Positions 1 to 8,942 of a DNA stretch of 22,470 nt are shown here, one piece after another. Source of the DNA: a virus; the IMG/VR virus record IMGVR_UViG_3300008886_000081. One strand, given 5' to 3'. The translations under genes and the position numbers were made by a program. The notes beneath the pieces were generated by a model, which saw nothing but the letters and a program-made list of their open reading frames with translations, searched no databases and was not told the DNA's origin. Each line of letters opens with the position of its first letter. Positions within the stretch are counted from its first letter, which is position 1.

Positions 1-3000
1 TTAGGCTGCTATTTGTAACATTACTAAAAGGGCTTCTGCTTCCAGCTCCAAAAGACGCAGGCGTTTTTTCTCGCTTTGGTCTTCTGCGCCTTCGGGTGGT
101 GGCAATACGATAGGAATACGGTTTGAGGATTTAATGGCATTTTCATTCAACTGTGATAGCTGGCGCTCCGTCACAATGACGCTGATGCCGTGATTGAATT
201 GCAGGACGCGTAAAAAGTCTTCCAGGTTAGAAGAGGTGACAATACCCTGCATCCGGTCTGAGACCTTTTCAAACATGTTTTTTTGCAGATAGGGGAAGAG
301 GTCGGGATCAAGGTATATATCCCCGGCTTTCGATCTTGCAAGCGGCATGATGAAACGAAAGCCTTCCGGGGAACGGAACACCGATATGCTCCCGCTGGCA
401 GTGAGCTGGCCATTTGTCAGAGAGCTGATGATGGGCAATGCTTTTAAGATCGGTACTTTTATTTCACGGTCGCCCTTTGCCGGCGCTTCCCATTCTTCCG
501 GCATTAAAATCCCTTTCTTAACCTGCCCGTCCATTGTGGTATAGCTTATCAGTTTCCCGCTTTTTCCTTCAAAGGCTTGTAGGATATTGCCTGTAATGAT
601 ATAGCGGGTATCACGGTCCTTAATGCGTCCGGCGATGGCCTCTCCCCACATATCCAATAATTCATCTATCGGCGGTTCACCTGCTTCCAGGCTTGCCGTC
701 ATAATGGAGGATATATCTTTATGATTACTCAGGGGAATTGCCATATAACGCATGCTGTTGCAAATGGCAATGAGTAGTTTCATGGAGCTGGGGGCGTAGG
801 GGTTTTTCTTTTTCATGTCAATGCTTACCCCAAGACTGACCGCTAAGGCCATTTCCTTGCCGTCATTGTAAGTACTGATCGGATAATTGAGCCTGCGGCC
901 CACATGAAAAAATTTCAGTATCGGATTTAGAAACTGATACCTGCTTTCCTGTGCCTTTTTCAGCATGGCCTTGTTTAGCTCACGCGCGCTTTCCAGTTCT
1001 TCTTTTCGCAGTTCAATGGCTTCCCTCCACTCTGCCGAATGTTCTTCCAGCTTCCTGATCGGGCGCTCATTAGGGACTTCGTTTATCAGGAAGTCATATT
1101 TTTCATCAGCCTCTTTGACCTCTAATTCATAACGATCAAGGCAGGCCTGCTTGAAATCGGCGGCTAAGTCTTTGCTTAGCTCAGCCGACAACTTACCACC
1201 CAGGCGCTCATCGACTTTTTTTGCCAGCTCTGTCGTGGTAAAGGGCTTACGCAGCACATTGGCTTTTACTTTTTCCAGGTAGCTGTCCTCGCCAAAGGCA
1301 CTGTTCCCGCCTTGCCCCATAATCATCACGGATGTTTCCTGTGTTTCTGTCTTTAAGTCTAGTGCCTCAACTTCCAGATCATATTCTCCGGCTTGCTGCA
1401 AATAGGTAATATAGTCATTGTAACGCTCAATCACTTCATTATAGAAAACAGCCTGCATTTTCGTTGATAAGACGGCGACACGTCCCGACACGCGGTGTGC
1501 CGCGTCTTCACCTCCTTTTACGTCCCGTTGCTCACCCTTTGCGCCCATTATAAAAAGCGGGTCGTCCAGCATCCTGTTCACCTCCGGGTTTTCTTTTAAG
1601 TATTCAACTACTACCTTATCGCCGTACTTGTTCAGAAAGTCAGGGACATCTAAAATACTGTTGCTCTGTTTCTGGTTGGAAGTTGTGTTAGCATCCAGCG
1701 ATTTTAGTTTTTGCTGTAGCAGCATCATCAAACGCTTTTCAGCCGGAATAGCTGATACCACATAATCATAGATCGGTTTCAGGATTTGCCCGGTGCGGTT
1801 GATTCTACCGCGTTTCTGTACTTCCGTGTTGATGTCCAGCTCGGGCTGCAGCACGATCATCACCCGTTGTTTAACTTCTTCCTTTGATACTTTAGGAGTA
1901 ACGATAGCATGAGCCGAAGCACCTGTACTACCGGACTGATTAATCATCAGCACATCCACTTCATTGTTATTAAACTGCCGGAAGGCATCATTCGCAGGTA
2001 TTTTCTTCCGTGCCAGCACAAGCCCCTTTGTTGCACTGTCATTGATCTGCACACTGAATTTCCGGCCTGTCACTTCCGCAACGCTATAACCTGCCGCCTC
2101 CAGCTTTTTAATAATCACGTCAATGGGTGAGATACAAAGGCTGGTGCTGACCGTGTCTATTTCATGCAGGATAGCTTTATAGGTCACGGTTGCTTCCACT
2201 CCCAGCTCGGCAAGGTCAAACTCCTTATGTTCGCCCTCGCCGTCAATGCCATATTCTGTATACTGACATACGCTTTCAAGCCCTCGCCTGAGCACCATTG
2301 AAAAATCCAGGTCAATCAGGTCGCCGTCACCAACGGGCATCCCGTGCGGGGTCTCCATTTGTTCAATAAAACTACCCATCGTAGAGGCAAAGGCAATTAC
2401 AGGTTTTTTGCCTTCCTTTAAGCGCATGATAGCCCTGTCTGCTACCGCCTCTGCCTTGATGCTAAACAGCATTTGGTTTATCACATTGAAGACTTTAGAG
2501 AAATAGGGCAGGTTGTCAGCGCCTGCTCTCTGGGTGCCTTCACGCACGGCCACCGATTTGCTTTCTTTTGCCTTGATAGCATCCAGTTGTTCAACCTGTT
2601 TATTGACATACTTGGTCTGAAAGTCTATGATCTGCCGCATAATTCCGGTAATACTGTCGGAAATAGCCGTATGCTTTTGTTCCAGCTCATCAAGGGTAAT
2701 ATAATTGACTTCGATACCTTCAAAGGAGCGCTCCCGTCTTATCATTTGCCCTTCGGATACCAATTGGCTGGATATGATCTCCTGTAAAGCGACACCGCCC
2801 TTGCTGATGGCGTCGACAAGAGCATCCTGCGTCAGACTGGCATCACTGATCGAAGTCTTGGAAGCGTAAATCGGCATATTGTCGGGGCGTTTGGCAAAAG
2901 TTGCGGACAGGAAAACCACGCCTTTGGTTTTGCGCACGACATCGCGCATAAATTCTCCGGTATTGCTTGAGCCGCTGGCATTGTGGGATTCATCAAGTAT

Positions 3001-5805
3001 CAGGATATTGTCAGTAGCAACAGCACTGAGATAGTAGGGCTTTTCAGGCTTCTTTTCTTTAGAGTTAAACTGTGAGTAGGTTGCAACCGCAAAATCAAAG
3101 CCTAAAGGTATTCTCTGCGTTTTAAAGATGCTGGATTGCTCGGAAGGACCGAGTGCCTGGTAAACGATAGTGCCGTCCTCGTCTTTAATATCCGTTTTGG
3201 ATTCGCGGCCGTTAATGATGAAGGGGCGGAGGTTCCCCGAGCCTATCGCTACCAGGTCACGGTAAATATCAGAAAACAGGTTCGCTTTTTCGGTAATGAA
3301 AACTGGCTTTAATCCCTGCTTCACCGCATAACGTATCATAGCAGCCGCTACACGCCCTTTCCCGATGCCTGTCTGATCGCCGATAATGGTTCCCTGCTCA
3401 CGTCCCTCGATATTATAAATGGCCATTGCCACAGCATCTATCTGCTCGGCAGATAAGGCTTTGCAAAGCTGGTCTTTGGTTTTATAGCCGAGCCTGTGCC
3501 GAACAAAATTATCAATGTCGCCGCCAACTTCTGCCTTGATACGCTTCATGGCTGCATGTATCTCCGCGCCCATTGCATCTGGTACGTGGGTATCGAGTAT
3601 AAAGCAGCTTTGTGACGCAGGGGTATAAAGCATACCTAATTCATCCTGTGACAAGAGGGCCATAATGCTGGCGGCTTCTGCTTCCAGGGCTTTGATCTGA
3701 AAAGGAGTTCTTTTAGTCATGATCGCGTTTTTAGAAGGTTTATTATCTTGATGCGGTACATACTGCATGATGCGCTCAAATAATTCCGCAAAGCTGTCCG
3801 CAACCTTATCCGCGCCGGCTTGCTTCAGAGGTGCAGCACCTTCGGGTGTTTCTTTTCTTCCGTCAATTAGAATCAGCCTTGTCGGGAAGGCAGTTCCTTG
3901 CCTGGAATAAAGCTTATGCCCATTGATCGGTATGACATCCACGACATTGTAATAGTGATAGAGGTGGTTAAAGAATATCCGGTTTTTGCCCGCCTGCACA
4001 CGACCCAATTTATCCCACACAGTATGTCCGCCGATGATTATCGCCGCTCTGCCGTCAGTGGTCATGGTCGACAGGGCACGGATAGCCATGACATGATCGA
4101 GTTCACGAATGCGAAACGAGTCAAACATGACTCCCTTATCAAGTCTGCCGAATGGCGGATTGGTTATCACCGCTGGAAAACTACCTTGTATATCGAGGTA
4201 TGAGCTTTCACTGAGTGCATCCCGTGAGAATACATTAGCAAATCCCTGTGTTTGCAGGTTGCGATTTCTCAGGATGTCAATCTCATTGACATAGACCCGC
4301 TCGGGCCTCGCGGCAATGGTCAGGCTGCCATTACCTGCACAAGGTTCGTAAGCATAGCCACCTGTTTCATCCAGCTTGTCAATACCACAGAAAATGCCCA
4401 TCAGAAAACCGATCGGCACAGGTGTGGAATATTGTTGTAATAGTATGCTCTGACTGGTACGGTGTGACAGTGTAACCTGGTTATGGTATAGGTTAACGAT
4501 TAGCTCATAGCGCCTTTCAAGAGGCATAGGCAGGTGTGCGAGGTATCGGGCCTGCCTGACGATAGCCAGCTCCAGCAGTTCCTTTAGCTGGGTACGGTCG
4601 CTGATTTCGTAGCGTTTTGCAAGTCGGTTGATCTCGACGCCTGACACCTTTGTCCCTTTTCTTAGTTCGTCATCGACAAGGTGTAAAAAACGGGCTTCAT
4701 TGGAATGCAGTAAGGTAGGTTCAGGCAGGCCTAACAGGCCTTCGTCCACAAAAGAATAGTAACCCTCGCGGGTTACTATTATATGATCGAGTACTTCTAT
4801 ATCCATTTGCCGGGCAGCTTCCCGGAGCCTTTTGGTCATATCAATATCCGGCTGGCTTGGTCGCTTGTTCCCGCTCGGGTGGTTATGTGAGATAATGATT
4901 GAAGAGGCCAGTGAGCGCAGTGCGACAGCCAGGATAAGTCGGGTTTCAGCAAACACACCACTAATGCCTCCTTTGGCGTGTTTGTAATATCCCAGAAGAT
5001 TATTGGCACGGTCGAGATACAAGACAATAAATTGCTCCTGCACCTCGATCTCTCCACGTATAAAAGTCTTGCGGATAAAATTAGCGACCTGAAGAGAGGA
5101 TGAAAGCCTGCCCTCAAACTCTTTGCGGGAACTTCGGTTATAACGCACCTTTATTTCAGGTATGTCTATCTTCGGAACTGCTCCACTCAACACGACCTCC
5201 TGATCTTCCCGGAATCCATTTCCGGCAAGTCCGAACATGGTGTTTTCTCTGTCTTGCATATATTTCTTAGTACGTAATTTCAATTGCTTATCAAGGATTG
5301 CCATATAGGACAAATGCAGGTGAAACGATAGGCCTTCAGGCAGATCGAGGATAACAGATTTCTCTGTCGCGTTATATAACCTGACCAGGTAGCCATACAG
5401 CTCAAGGATGTCCTCGCGGTACGGTGACCGTTGGGGTACTTGTTTCAATCTTTGCTCAAAGCGCCAGATCATAAAACGCAGCTCGGTCTTATTTAAACGG
5501 GCCTTATCTAATATCTGCCCGATGCGTAGCAGCTTTGCTTCCTCTGAATGCTCCCATTCCGGCTTTATTTCCGGTTGGTCTTCCGGTGCGACATACTTGC
5601 CATTTATCCAGGAGCGCAGTTTTTTAAAGGTCATATTGCAGCGCAGTTTAAAATCTGCATCGCTGTTATATTCACTCCAGTCCTTGCCCATATTGGTGCG
5701 CTTGGCAATGGCAACGAAAGCAGTTTGTAGTTGTGCCGGCAAGGCATCATAACCTTTTTCCTCTATGAGCCTGAAAAAATTGGATTTGGTGACAAGTGCT
5801 TTCAT
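1..5805 (-). CDS. 1934-aa multidomain protein: N-terminal helical region, RadC-type JAB domain, amino (N6-adenine-type) DNA methyltransferase, Strawberry-notch-like SF2 helicase (AAA_34 + Helicase_C_4-like)
   Basis: JAB: QEQF..LYLDRAN...SHNHPSGNKRPSQPD...EVLDHIIV (~4735-5165). MTase: QQYSTP, EPCAGNG (motif I), NEID, ITNPPF (motif IV) (~3850-4440). Helicase: IIGDQTGIGKGR, ATYSQF, LDESHNA, FLSAT, TGASAHA, QKRGRINRTGQ (~1700-3400). Confidence 0.9.
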   Translation of the reverse strand: MKALVTKSNFFRLIEEKGYDALPAQLQTAFVAIAKRTNMGKDWSEYNSDADFKLRCNMTFKKLRSWINGKYVAPEDQPEIKPEWEHSEEAKLLRIGQILDKARLNKTELRFMIWRFEQRLKQVPQRSPYREDILELYGYLVRLYNATEKSVILDLPEGLSFHLHLSYMAILDKQLKLRTKKYMQDRENTMFGLAGNGFREDQEVVLSGAVPKIDIPEIKVRYNRSSRKEFEGRLSSSLQVANFIRKTFIRGEIEVQEQFIVLYLDRANNLLGYYKHAKGGISGVFAETRLILAVALRSLASSIIISHNHPSGNKRPSQPDIDMTKRLREAARQMDIEVLDHIIVTREGYYSFVDEGLLGLPEPTLLHSNEARFLHLVDDELRKGTKVSGVEINRLAKRYEISDRTQLKELLELAIVRQARYLAHLPMPLERRYELIVNLYHNQVTLSHRTSQSILLQQYSTPVPIGFLMGIFCGIDKLDETGGYAYEPCAGNGSLTIAARPERVYVNEIDILRNRNLQTQGFANVFSRDALSESSYLDIQGSFPAVITNPPFGRLDKGVMFDSFRIRELDHVMAIRALSTMTTDGRAAIIIGGHTVWDKLGRVQAGKNRIFFNHLYHYYNVVDVIPINGHKLYSRQGTAFPTRLILIDGRKETPEGAAPLKQAGADKVADSFAELFERIMQYVPHQDNKPSKNAIMTKRTPFQIKALEAEAASIMALLSQDELGMLYTPASQSCFILDTHVPDAMGAEIHAAMKRIKAEVGGDIDNFVRHRLGYKTKDQLCKALSAEQIDAVAMAIYNIEGREQGTIIGDQTGIGKGRVAAAMIRYAVKQGLKPVFITEKANLFSDIYRDLVAIGSGNLRPFIINGRESKTDIKDEDGTIVYQALGPSEQSSIFKTQRIPLGFDFAVATYSQFNSKEKKPEKPYYLSAVATDNILILDESHNASGSSNTGEFMRDVVRKTKGVVFLSATFAKRPDNMPIYASKTSISDASLTQDALVDAISKGGVALQEIISSQLVSEGQMIRRERSFEGIEVNYITLDELEQKHTAISDSITGIMRQIIDFQTKYVNKQVEQLDAIKAKESKSVAVREGTQRAGADNLPYFSKVFNVINQMLFSIKAEAVADRAIMRLKEGKKPVIAFASTMGSFIEQMETPHGMPVGDGDLIDLDFSMVLRRGLESVCQYTEYGIDGEGEHKEFDLAELGVEATVTYKAILHEIDTVSTSLCISPIDVIIKKLEAAGYSVAEVTGRKFSVQINDSATKGLVLARKKIPANDAFRQFNNNEVDVLMINQSGSTGASAHAIVTPKVSKEEVKQRVMIVLQPELDINTEVQKRGRINRTGQILKPIYDYVVSAIPAEKRLMMLLQQKLKSLDANTTSNQKQSNSILDVPDFLNKYGDKVVVEYLKENPEVNRMLDDPLFIMGAKGEQRDVKGGEDAAHRVSGRVAVLSTKMQAVFYNEVIERYNDYITYLQQAGEYDLEVEALDLKTETQETSVMIMGQGGNSAFGEDSYLEKVKANVLRKPFTTTELAKKVDERLGGKLSAELSKDLAADFKQACLDRYELEVKEADEKYDFLINEVPNERPIRKLEEHSAEWREAIELRKEELESARELNKAMLKKAQESRYQFLNPILKFFHVGRRLNYPISTYNDGKEMALAVSLGVSIDMKKKNPYAPSSMKLLIAICNSMRYMAIPLSNHKDISSIMTASLEAGEPPIDELLDMWGEAIAGRIKDRDTRYIITGNILQAFEGKSGKLISYTTMDGQVKKGILMPEEWEAPAKGDREIKVPILKALPIISSLTNGQLTASGSISVFRSPEGFRFIMPLARSKAGDIYLDPDLFPYLQKNMFEKVSDRMQGIVTSSNLEDFLRVLQFNHGISVIVTERQLSQLNENAIKSSNRIPIVLPPPEGAEDQSEKKRLRLLELEAEALLVMLQIAA

Positions 5806-5815
5806 AGGAGACGTG

Positions 5816-6679
5816 CTATTTAAAATAAGGTAAGAGGCGTTTTGCTACTGCTTCCACAACCGCAACGGTGACGGCATTACCCAACATAATATAGCGCTGG
5901 GTATCGCTGATCGACTTTACTAAGCCACCATAATTACCAACTGCTGTCCAGTTATCAGGGAAACCCTGTAAGCGTTCACACTCCAAAGGAGTGAGACGGC
6001 GCAGCTTTCTGCCGGATTGTATATAGGTTTCTCCGTTACCGTGTACACCTTTGTGGTAGGTGCTGGTTATGGCTGTGGCATAAGGTGGGCTGCTTTGCGC
6101 CCGCGTAAGGTTGCCCGCTTCAGGTAAGCTACGGCCTTCGGTGATAGGAAATATTTGGGGTGCGGATGCTTTTCCAAGAGTGCCGACAAGGTAGATGCGC
6201 TGGCGGCTTTGTGGTAAAAACCAGGCAGTATTAAGCAGTTGCCATTGAATGTTATATAGCCCAATGTCGGCAAACGCTTTAATAACTGTTTCAAAGTCTT
6301 TCCCTTTGTTGGATGAGAATAGTCCTTTGACGTTTTCAAAGATAAAAGCACGGGGCTGGCATTCTTTAATGAGCCGAAGCGCTTCAAAAAAGAGGCTGCT
6401 TCTCGACCCTTTAAGTCCTTTAGCTTTTCCAGCAATGGAAATATCCTGACAGGGCGAGCCAAAGGTGATAAGGTCAATGCGTTTAAGGGTTTTGCCCCTG
6501 ACTTTTTTAATGTTACCGAGGTGTTGCGCTTTTTTGAAGTGATGGTGATAGTTGCTCGTGGCATGGGTATCTATTTCCGAGAAGTAATGATTGGAAAAAA
6601 CAAATCCAGCGGCAAGCAGGCCTTTGGCAAAGCCTGCTATGCCGCTGAATAAGTCAAGGTAATTAATCAGAGTTTTCAT
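5816..6679 (-). CDS. dcm: DNA (cytosine-5)-methyltransferase, orphan
   Basis: Canonical C5-MTase motifs: DLFSGIAG, GSPCQD (catalytic PC), FENVKG, QSRQRIY, RRLTPLECERLQGFP, GNAV. The symbol is a family-level label; target specificity is unknown. Confidence 0.95.
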   Translation of the reverse strand: MKTLINYLDLFSGIAGFAKGLLAAGFVFSNHYFSEIDTHATSNYHHHFKKAQHLGNIKKVRGKTLKRIDLITFGSPCQDISIAGKAKGLKGSRSSLFFEALRLIKECQPRAFIFENVKGLFSSNKGKDFETVIKAFADIGLYNIQWQLLNTAWFLPQSRQRIYLVGTLGKASAPQIFPITEGRSLPEAGNLTRAQSSPPYATAITSTYHKGVHGNGETYIQSGRKLRRLTPLECERLQGFPDNWTAVGNYGGLVKSISDTQRYIMLGNAVTVAVVEAVAKRLLPYFK

Positions 6680-6687
6680 AGGTATGG

Positions 6688-7197
6688 TTACAGATAAGTA
6701 AGCGTAGCGCGGTCATTCCAGACATTGACGAAGTTTTTGTTACCGTTGGCCCACTGTGAAACAGTTTGTGATCCCGATTGTGTGATGCGCTTAATCGCCC
6801 ATGCGGCAGCATTGATCGCGGTAGCCGGAGCAGCATAGCCTTCATAGATTGTATTGGGGTTACTGTCATCTCTGACTAAGGGCGATGATAATAATTCTAC
6901 CTCGACGCGGATTTTGTCAGTGATTGCTGTCAGGCTGCTCATCGACGCTCCGCCATCGAGCTGGCCGAGGTAGGTGTTATTGATGAGATCTCTGACCTGG
7001 GCGGCATTCGCCAAAATCGGAAATGTAATATCCGCAAAGGCAATGAAGATATTGTTTAAGGCTCCGCCGCCGATGTCGATTTTCAAAATCGTTCCTTTAA
7101 TGACTGACACCTCACGGATATTCTGCTTCATAATGTACCGCACGTCCGAACCGTTTACTACTTTCAGGCTTGCGCCTGCATCATATATTTCTGCCAT
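6688..7197 (-). CDS. Hypothetical phage-like protein (169 aa), beta-rich, possibly structural
   Basis: In-operon ORF with a GGAGG upstream. The C-terminal aromatic pattern YEGYA.P......AWAIKRI...WANG...F..VW.DR...TY resembles small domains I have seen in phage proteins; function unknown. Confidence 0.7.
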   Translation of the reverse strand: MAEIYDAGASLKVVNGSDVRYIMKQNIREVSVIKGTILKIDIGGGALNNIFIAFADITFPILANAAQVRDLINNTYLGQLDGGASMSSLTAITDKIRVEVELLSSPLVRDDSNPNTIYEGYAAPATAINAAAWAIKRITQSGSQTVSQWANGNKNFVNVWNDRATLTYL

Positions 7198-7209
7198 ACG
7201 TCCTCCTTT

Positions 7210-7383
7210 CTAATTTGATTTGTCCTTTCCTGTACCATGTACGATCAGCTCACCTATCATGGCCCCGAAAAAACCGCCGATCATGGTATAAGGAACGACA
7301 TCTTTGTGATGCAGTGTCGCATAATAGTAGGTCGCCAGAGAAGCTATAAGCGTACAGGTTGATACAATGGTTTTATCCTTCAT
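7210..7383 (-). CDS. Small two-TM membrane protein (57 aa), absent from the ORF track
   Basis: Manual translation: MKDKTIVSTCTLIASLATYYYATLHHKDVVPYTMIGGFFGAMIGELIVHGTGKDKSN*. The ATG is 1 nt after the upstream stop and the ORF fills the gap in the operon. Confidence 0.75.
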   Translation of the reverse strand: MKDKTIVSTCTLIASLATYYYATLHHKDVVPYTMIGGFFGAMIGELIVHGTGKDKSN

Positions 7384-7384
7384 G

Positions 7385-8020
7385 CTATTTCATGTTTTTA
7401 AGAATCAATAGCGTTGACAGAGAACCTGAAACCACAAGCAGGCAGGAGTTGACAATACGGCTGCGAATGGTTTTACGCCGCTGTTCTTTATAAGCCGTGT
7501 TTAACTGCTGTTCCAGGTTTTCCGTTCGTGCGCGCTGTTCTTCTGTAAGATTGCGGTACTGCTCGTGTACCTGTTCGCACAGGCGCAGGGCTTCGCTCTT
7601 ATTAGCTACGCTTTGTTCGAGGTGACTGATCGCCCGATCGCAGATACTATCCGTAGTGTTGCGCGTCTGTATGTAGGTTTCCAGCATCGGGCGCAGACTG
7701 TCCTGCGCTGTGATGCTGCTGTCCGGTTTCTCCGCGACTGTCTTTAGCCGGTATTCCAGCACAGCGGCCTTCGAGCGGTAGGTATTCAGCTTGTGCTTGC
7801 TCTGAGTAACAAGTTCCGCAAGGCTATCATTCTGCTTTTCCAGCTTCAGGGTTTGCGAGAGGTAAGCACTGGCTATTTGTTCGGTATGTTTTTGCAGCAG
7901 GTCGATGTATTCCTGTTCAGTTACTGCCGGAGGCAGAGGTTTATTGCAGGAACGGTATAATATGCCAAAGTGCATCAGGGTACCGACCAGGCTTAAAATA
8001 ATAATCAGGTTTTTCTTCAT
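7385..8020 (-). CDS. Coiled-coil protein with N- and C-terminal hydrophobic segments (spanin-like candidate)
   Basis: N-terminal MKKNLIIILSLVGTLMHFGILYRSC, a long Q/E/L-rich heptad region, and C-terminal TM CLLVVSGSLSTLLIL. Follows the holin-like gene with an ATGA overlap. The function is inferred. Confidence 0.6.
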   Translation of the reverse strand: MKKNLIIILSLVGTLMHFGILYRSCNKPLPPAVTEQEYIDLLQKHTEQIASAYLSQTLKLEKQNDSLAELVTQSKHKLNTYRSKAAVLEYRLKTVAEKPDSSITAQDSLRPMLETYIQTRNTTDSICDRAISHLEQSVANKSEALRLCEQVHEQYRNLTEEQRARTENLEQQLNTAYKEQRRKTIRSRIVNSCLLVVSGSLSTLLILKNMK

Positions 8021-8259
8021 GAATTGTCTTTTTTAAAGGGATTTGTGGTTTTCTGTGGGCGTTCGATGCTGTAGCCAAAACAACCTGCAGCCACGAGGCT
8101 AACAATGGCATAGAACATCGAATCAGGGGTTGTGATATTGAAGCCGAGCTGGGCCACCCAGCTTGCAACGATGAGCAGCATACAAATGCCGATCACCAGC
8201 TCGCGCAGGCTATAGCGGCCTGCTTTGTCCTTGAGTAATTGCAACACATAATGTTTCAT
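8017..8259 (-). CDS. Two-TM holin-like membrane protein (80 aa)
   Basis: Two hydrophobic helices (LVIGICMLLIVASWVAQL; MFYAIVSLVAAGCFGY) and a charged C-tail, next to two cell-wall enzymes. Confidence 0.6.
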   Translation of the reverse strand: MKHYVLQLLKDKAGRYSLRELVIGICMLLIVASWVAQLGFNITTPDSMFYAIVSLVAAGCFGYSIERPQKTTNPFKKDNS

Positions 8260-8939
8260 ACACGTGATTTGGAATTGAATTTGAAAAATGCAAACAGACC
8301 TGTACCTATGGCTCCGAGTATTGCCGCTGCATAAGCCGTCCAGCGCAGCGTTTGGCGTTTGACGGCCCTGAAGTCAATGAGCGAATATGTAAAGGCATTG
8401 CCATACAGGCTGCGATGCTTTTCGCAGAGGGCAAGGAAGCGGGCAAAATCAGCCGCATTTTCAAAGACCTGGCAGCCTGCCGAATACTTGTCTATGCTTT
8501 TGGTTTTCCCGCTTGCATTCGCCCGGTGGATATTGATACCGAACAACCCTGTGTTCTTTCTGCCGTTATTAAAATCCAGCAGGGCGTTCCGGTCATAATC
8601 CCGGATAATGGTAACCGGCTTGCGTTGTACAAGCGCTTTGTACTGGCCCCGGTGCAGGCCAAGCACATAAGCACCCTTATATTGCCCCTGCTGCAAGATG
8701 GCGGTACCTTGCGGCTGCATCGGGTTTTTCAGCCAGTAGGTTCCGGGGTCTGTGGTGATGCGGAATACATGGTATTCCCATTTGATACCGTTGGTCCGGT
8801 AAAATACATGGAGCTGGTCATCAAAGCGGTTTGCAGCGGTGTTATTGGAACGCAGTCCGACTATATTCAGTTCGTATGGCCGCGTAAAAAGGGTAAAGCC
8901 CTTATGCTTTAAAATCGCTTTGAGTTTTTGCAGCAGCAT
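8256..8939 (-). CDS. Putative YkuD/L,D-transpeptidase-fold cell-wall enzyme with C-terminal membrane anchor
   Basis: FGINIH-x14-SAGCQV matches the His-x(14-17)-S-x-G-C catalytic signature of L,D-transpeptidase-fold enzymes. Also LNIVGLR, NRFDD, TTDPG. C-terminal TM AYAAAILGAIGTGLFAFF. Confidence 0.6.
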   Translation of the reverse strand: MLLQKLKAILKHKGFTLFTRPYELNIVGLRSNNTAANRFDDQLHVFYRTNGIKWEYHVFRITTDPGTYWLKNPMQPQGTAILQQGQYKGAYVLGLHRGQYKALVQRKPVTIIRDYDRNALLDFNNGRKNTGLFGINIHRANASGKTKSIDKYSAGCQVFENAADFARFLALCEKHRSLYGNAFTYSLIDFRAVKRQTLRWTAYAAAILGAIGTGLFAFFKFNSKSRV

Positions 8940-8942
8940 GTC

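Noticed and set aside
4735-5165. JAB domain as a CBASS Cap3 or ubiquitin-like system component
   Set aside because: The HNHPSG..PS..D / LDHII pattern is RadC-type, and no cyclase, E1/E2 or Ubl gene is present in the window.
6067-6564. 165-aa alternative-frame ORF inside the C5 methyltransferase gene
   Set aside because: Fully nested in a gene with complete catalytic motifs, has a non-ATG start and no recognisable features.
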